NCBI GenBank assembly: GCA_049424145.1
Contig: JBMSSC010000047.1
Coordinates: 1-18,112, forward strand
Direction of reading: 5' to 3'
Length of the DNA: 18,112 nt
Source of the DNA: Bdellovibrionia bacterium
GTDB lineage: Bacteria > Bdellovibrionota > UBA1018
In this document: piece after piece, positions 15,886 through 18,112 of the stretch
How the letters are laid out: every line of letters starts with the position of its first letter
Numbering within the stretch: position 1 is the stretch's first letter
Notes under the pieces: generated by a model
The model's input: the letters and a program-made list of their open reading frames with translations, nothing else
Database searches by the model: none
What the model was told of the DNA's origin: nothing
Position numbers and translations under genes: made by a program

Positions 15886-17370
15886 ATGGCACCCGCTCTT
15901 TTTAATGAAAAATATAAGACCATTCAGGACATCCATGATGCGTTTGATCAAAAAGTCCTCTCCCCCGTGGAGCTCACCCAGGATTACTTAAGTGCGTGTC
16001 GATCCAGTTCGCTTGGGGCTTTTCTTGAGATCTGTGAGTCCCGCGCCTTGAATCAAGCGAAGTTTGCCGAGCAAATTCTGTCCCGTGAGGGTCAAGTCCC
16101 TCGAGAGCGCTTTCCCCTCCTGGGCATTCCTCTGGGGATTAAAGATAATTTGACCATCGATGGAGTCAAAACCACCTGTGCCTCCAAGATGTTGGAGAAC
16201 TACATTCCTCCTTACACGGCCACCGCCGTTGAGCGCTTGGAGAAGGCCGGAGCCATCTCCCTAGGAAAGCTCAATATGGATGAGTTTGCGATGGGCGGAT
16301 CCAATGAGAATTCCGCATTTGGCCCAGTGAAGCATCCCAAGCACTTGGACCGGGTTCCGGGAGGATCCAGTGGTGGGTCCGCTGCGGCTGTGGGTGGACA
16401 TCTGTGTGTGGGCGCTTTGGGCTCGGACACCGGGGGATCCATTCGGCTGCCAGCCAGCTATTGTGGCGTGGTGGGTGTGAAGCCCACCTATGGAAGAATC
16501 AGTCGCTATGGGCTGGTGGCCTTTGCCTCCTCCTTGGATCAGGTGGGTCCTTTAACTCACACCGTGGAAGATGCCGCTCTTTTAACCGACGTGATGTCAG
16601 GGTTTGATCCCAAAGACGCAACCTCGGCTCCCTACGAGCCCTTAAAAAGCTTTTCGTATTTAAGTTCCCTGAAGAAAAATCCTCTGGACTTGAGTCAAGT
16701 CAAGTTTGGTGTGCCCAAAGAGTACCTAGTCGGAGGCTTGGCCCCAGAAGTTGAGCAATCGGTTGAACAGGCGATTCACCGCTTGGAGTCCCTGGGTGCT
16801 AAGCGAGTTCCCGTCTCTCTACCCCACACCCCGTATTCGGTTGCCGTCTATTACTTGGTTGCCGTCAGTGAGGCCTCCAGTAACTTGGCTCGCTTTGATG
16901 GGGTGCGCTTTGGCGTGCGCCCAAAAGAGGCAATTGAAGCTCAGGATTTAACGGCCTTTTACGAGGCCGTTCGAAAAGGGTTTGGACCTGAAGTGAAACG
17001 CCGAATTATTTTAGGAACCTTCGCGTTGTCCAGCGGGTACTCGGAGGCTTATTACCGCAAAGCATGTCAAGTCCGGCGCCTGGTGAAGCAGGATTTTGAT
17101 CAGGCCTTCCGTCAGGTGGATCTCATCGTCGGTCCCGTGGCTCCCACCACTGCGTTTCGATTGGGCGAGAAGATCCAGGATCCTCTGAAGATGTACTTGA
17201 ACGATATTTTTACAATCCCAGCTAACTTAGCTGGATTGCCGTCCATGAGTATTCCTTGTGGCCAAGATGCATTAGGGCTTCCCATCGGTTTTCATATGAT
17301 GGCTCCTGCGTTTCAAGAGGAGCGAATGTTTGCCATTGCCCAAAGGCTCTCTCAGGCGTTTCAGCATTAA
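15886..17370 (+). CDS. gatA: Asp-tRNA(Asn)/Glu-tRNA(Gln) amidotransferase subunit A
   Basis: Amidase signature: [40 protein letters not shown]; also [29 protein letters not shown] 15886 follows SD AGGAG (15876-15880). Confidence 0.98.
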   Translation: MAPALFNEKYKTIQDIHDAFDQKVLSPVELTQDYLSACRSSSLGAFLEICESRALNQAKFAEQILSREGQVPRERFPLLGIPLGIKDNLTIDGVKTTCASKMLENYIPPYTATAVERLEKAGAISLGKLNMDEFAMGGSNENSAFGPVKHPKHLDRVPGGSSGGSAAAVGGHLCVGALGSDTGGSIRLPASYCGVVGVKPTYGRISRYGLVAFASSLDQVGPLTHTVEDAALLTDVMSGFDPKDATSAPYEPLKSFSYLSSLKKNPLDLSQVKFGVPKEYLVGGLAPEVEQSVEQAIHRLESLGAKRVPVSLPHTPYSVAVYYLVAVSEASSNLARFDGVRFGVRPKEAIEAQDLTAFYEAVRKGFGPEVKRRIILGTFALSSGYSEAYYRKACQVRRLVKQDFDQAFRQVDLIVGPVAPTTAFRLGEKIQDPLKMYLNDIFTIPANLAGLPSMSIPCGQDALGLPIGFHMMAPAFQEERMFAIAQRLSQAFQH

Positions 17371-17392
17371 AATCGAAGGAGGTTTTTCATCG

Positions 17393-18112
17393 ATGCATCC
17401 AGAATTTGAAGCCGTCATCGGATTAGAAGTTCACTGTCAGCTCTCCACTCAGACGAAGATCTTTTGTGGTTGTCGGGCTCGATTACCCGATGGAAAGTCC
17501 GTTGCTGATGTGGACGTCAATAGCAACACCTGCCCTGTTTGCGCCGGGCACCCCGGGACTTTGCCTGTTTTAAATAAAAAAGTCGTTGAGTTTGCAATTC
17601 GAGCAGGCCTGGCTACGCATTGCCAGATTCAATTAAACACCACCTTTGCCCGTAAGAACTACTTTTATCCCGATTTGCCCAAAGGGTATCAGATCAGTCA
17701 ATTTGATCGGCCCATCTGTGAGAACGGATGGCTGGAGATTCAGACTGAAGGAGGACCCAAGCAAGTTCAGATTCAACGAATTCATATGGAAGAGGATGCG
17801 GGAAAAAACGTTCATATGGCTGGGTTTTCTCTCGTCAATTTGAATCGTGCCGGTGTTCCGTTGATTGAAATCGTCAGTGCTCCGGATTTAAAAACACCGG
17901 AGGAGGCAGGAGCCTACTTGCGTGCTCTGCATGCCGTGGTCACTTATTTAGGTATTTGTGATGGAAATATGCAGGAGGGGAATTTTAGGTGTGATGCCAA
18001 TGTGAGTGTCATGCCCAAAGGCTCCAAGCAATTTGGAACGCGCGCGGAGATTAAGAACGTGAATTCGTTCCGATTCGTTGAAAAAGCCATTGAGTATGAA
18101 GTCTCGCGCCAG
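17393..18112 (+). CDS. gatB: Asp-tRNA(Asn)/Glu-tRNA(Gln) amidotransferase subunit B (5' part; runs off the window)
   Basis: Not in the ORF track. SD AAGGAGG (17376-17382), ATG 17393. Translates as [22 protein letters not shown]...[15 protein letters not shown]...[17 protein letters not shown]...IHMEEDAGK...[23 protein letters not shown]...EIKNVNS. Confidence 0.98.
   Translation, partial: MHPEFEAVIGLEVHCQLSTQTKIFCGCRARLPDGKSVADVDVNSNTCPVCAGHPGTLPVLNKKVVEFAIRAGLATHCQIQLNTTFARKNYFYPDLPKGYQISQFDRPICENGWLEIQTEGGPKQVQIQRIHMEEDAGKNVHMAGFSLVNLNRAGVPLIEIVSAPDLKTPEEAGAYLRALHAVVTYLGICDGNMQEGNFRCDANVSVMPKGSKQFGTRAEIKNVNSFRFVEKAIEYEVSRQ

Noticed and set aside
1208..17843. Remaining short ORFs antisense or out of frame within or next to core genes (e.g. 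4528-4935, 7551-7787, 7837-8136, 9664-9978, 17633-17843)
   Set aside because: Shadow or featureless ORFs beside well-supported genes, with no independent evidence.

Overview
An 18.1-kb chromosomal window that is mostly housekeeping genes. The bacterium is probably Bdellovibrionota/Oligoflexia-like; this is inferred from gene style only. The minus-strand cluster reads dksA - lon - two tandem CNNM/CorC(HlyC) genes - orphan CheY-like receiver - small membrane-anchored protein. It converges on a small secreted protein that has a near-consensus sigma54 promoter and candidate enhancer sites. The plus-strand cluster reads glmU - glmS - uncharacterised exported protein - pcrA/uvrD - gatC - gatA - gatB (truncated at the window end). 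I found no mobile element, CRISPR array, tRNA or rRNA. Four signals stand out. (1) The gene after glmS has its own promoter and looks like a large, secreted, circularly permuted NlpC/P60 (papain-like) enzyme. (2) A densely base-paired candidate RNA of about 300 nt precedes gatCAB; I cannot assign it to a known family, and it contains a 49-codon uORF coupled to gatC. (3) A CCCACGGAA..GTGGGAAA hairpin is shared by the glmU and gatC leaders. (4) There is a sigma54/enhancer-driven small secreted peptide unit. All RNA structures were paired by eye, not computed.
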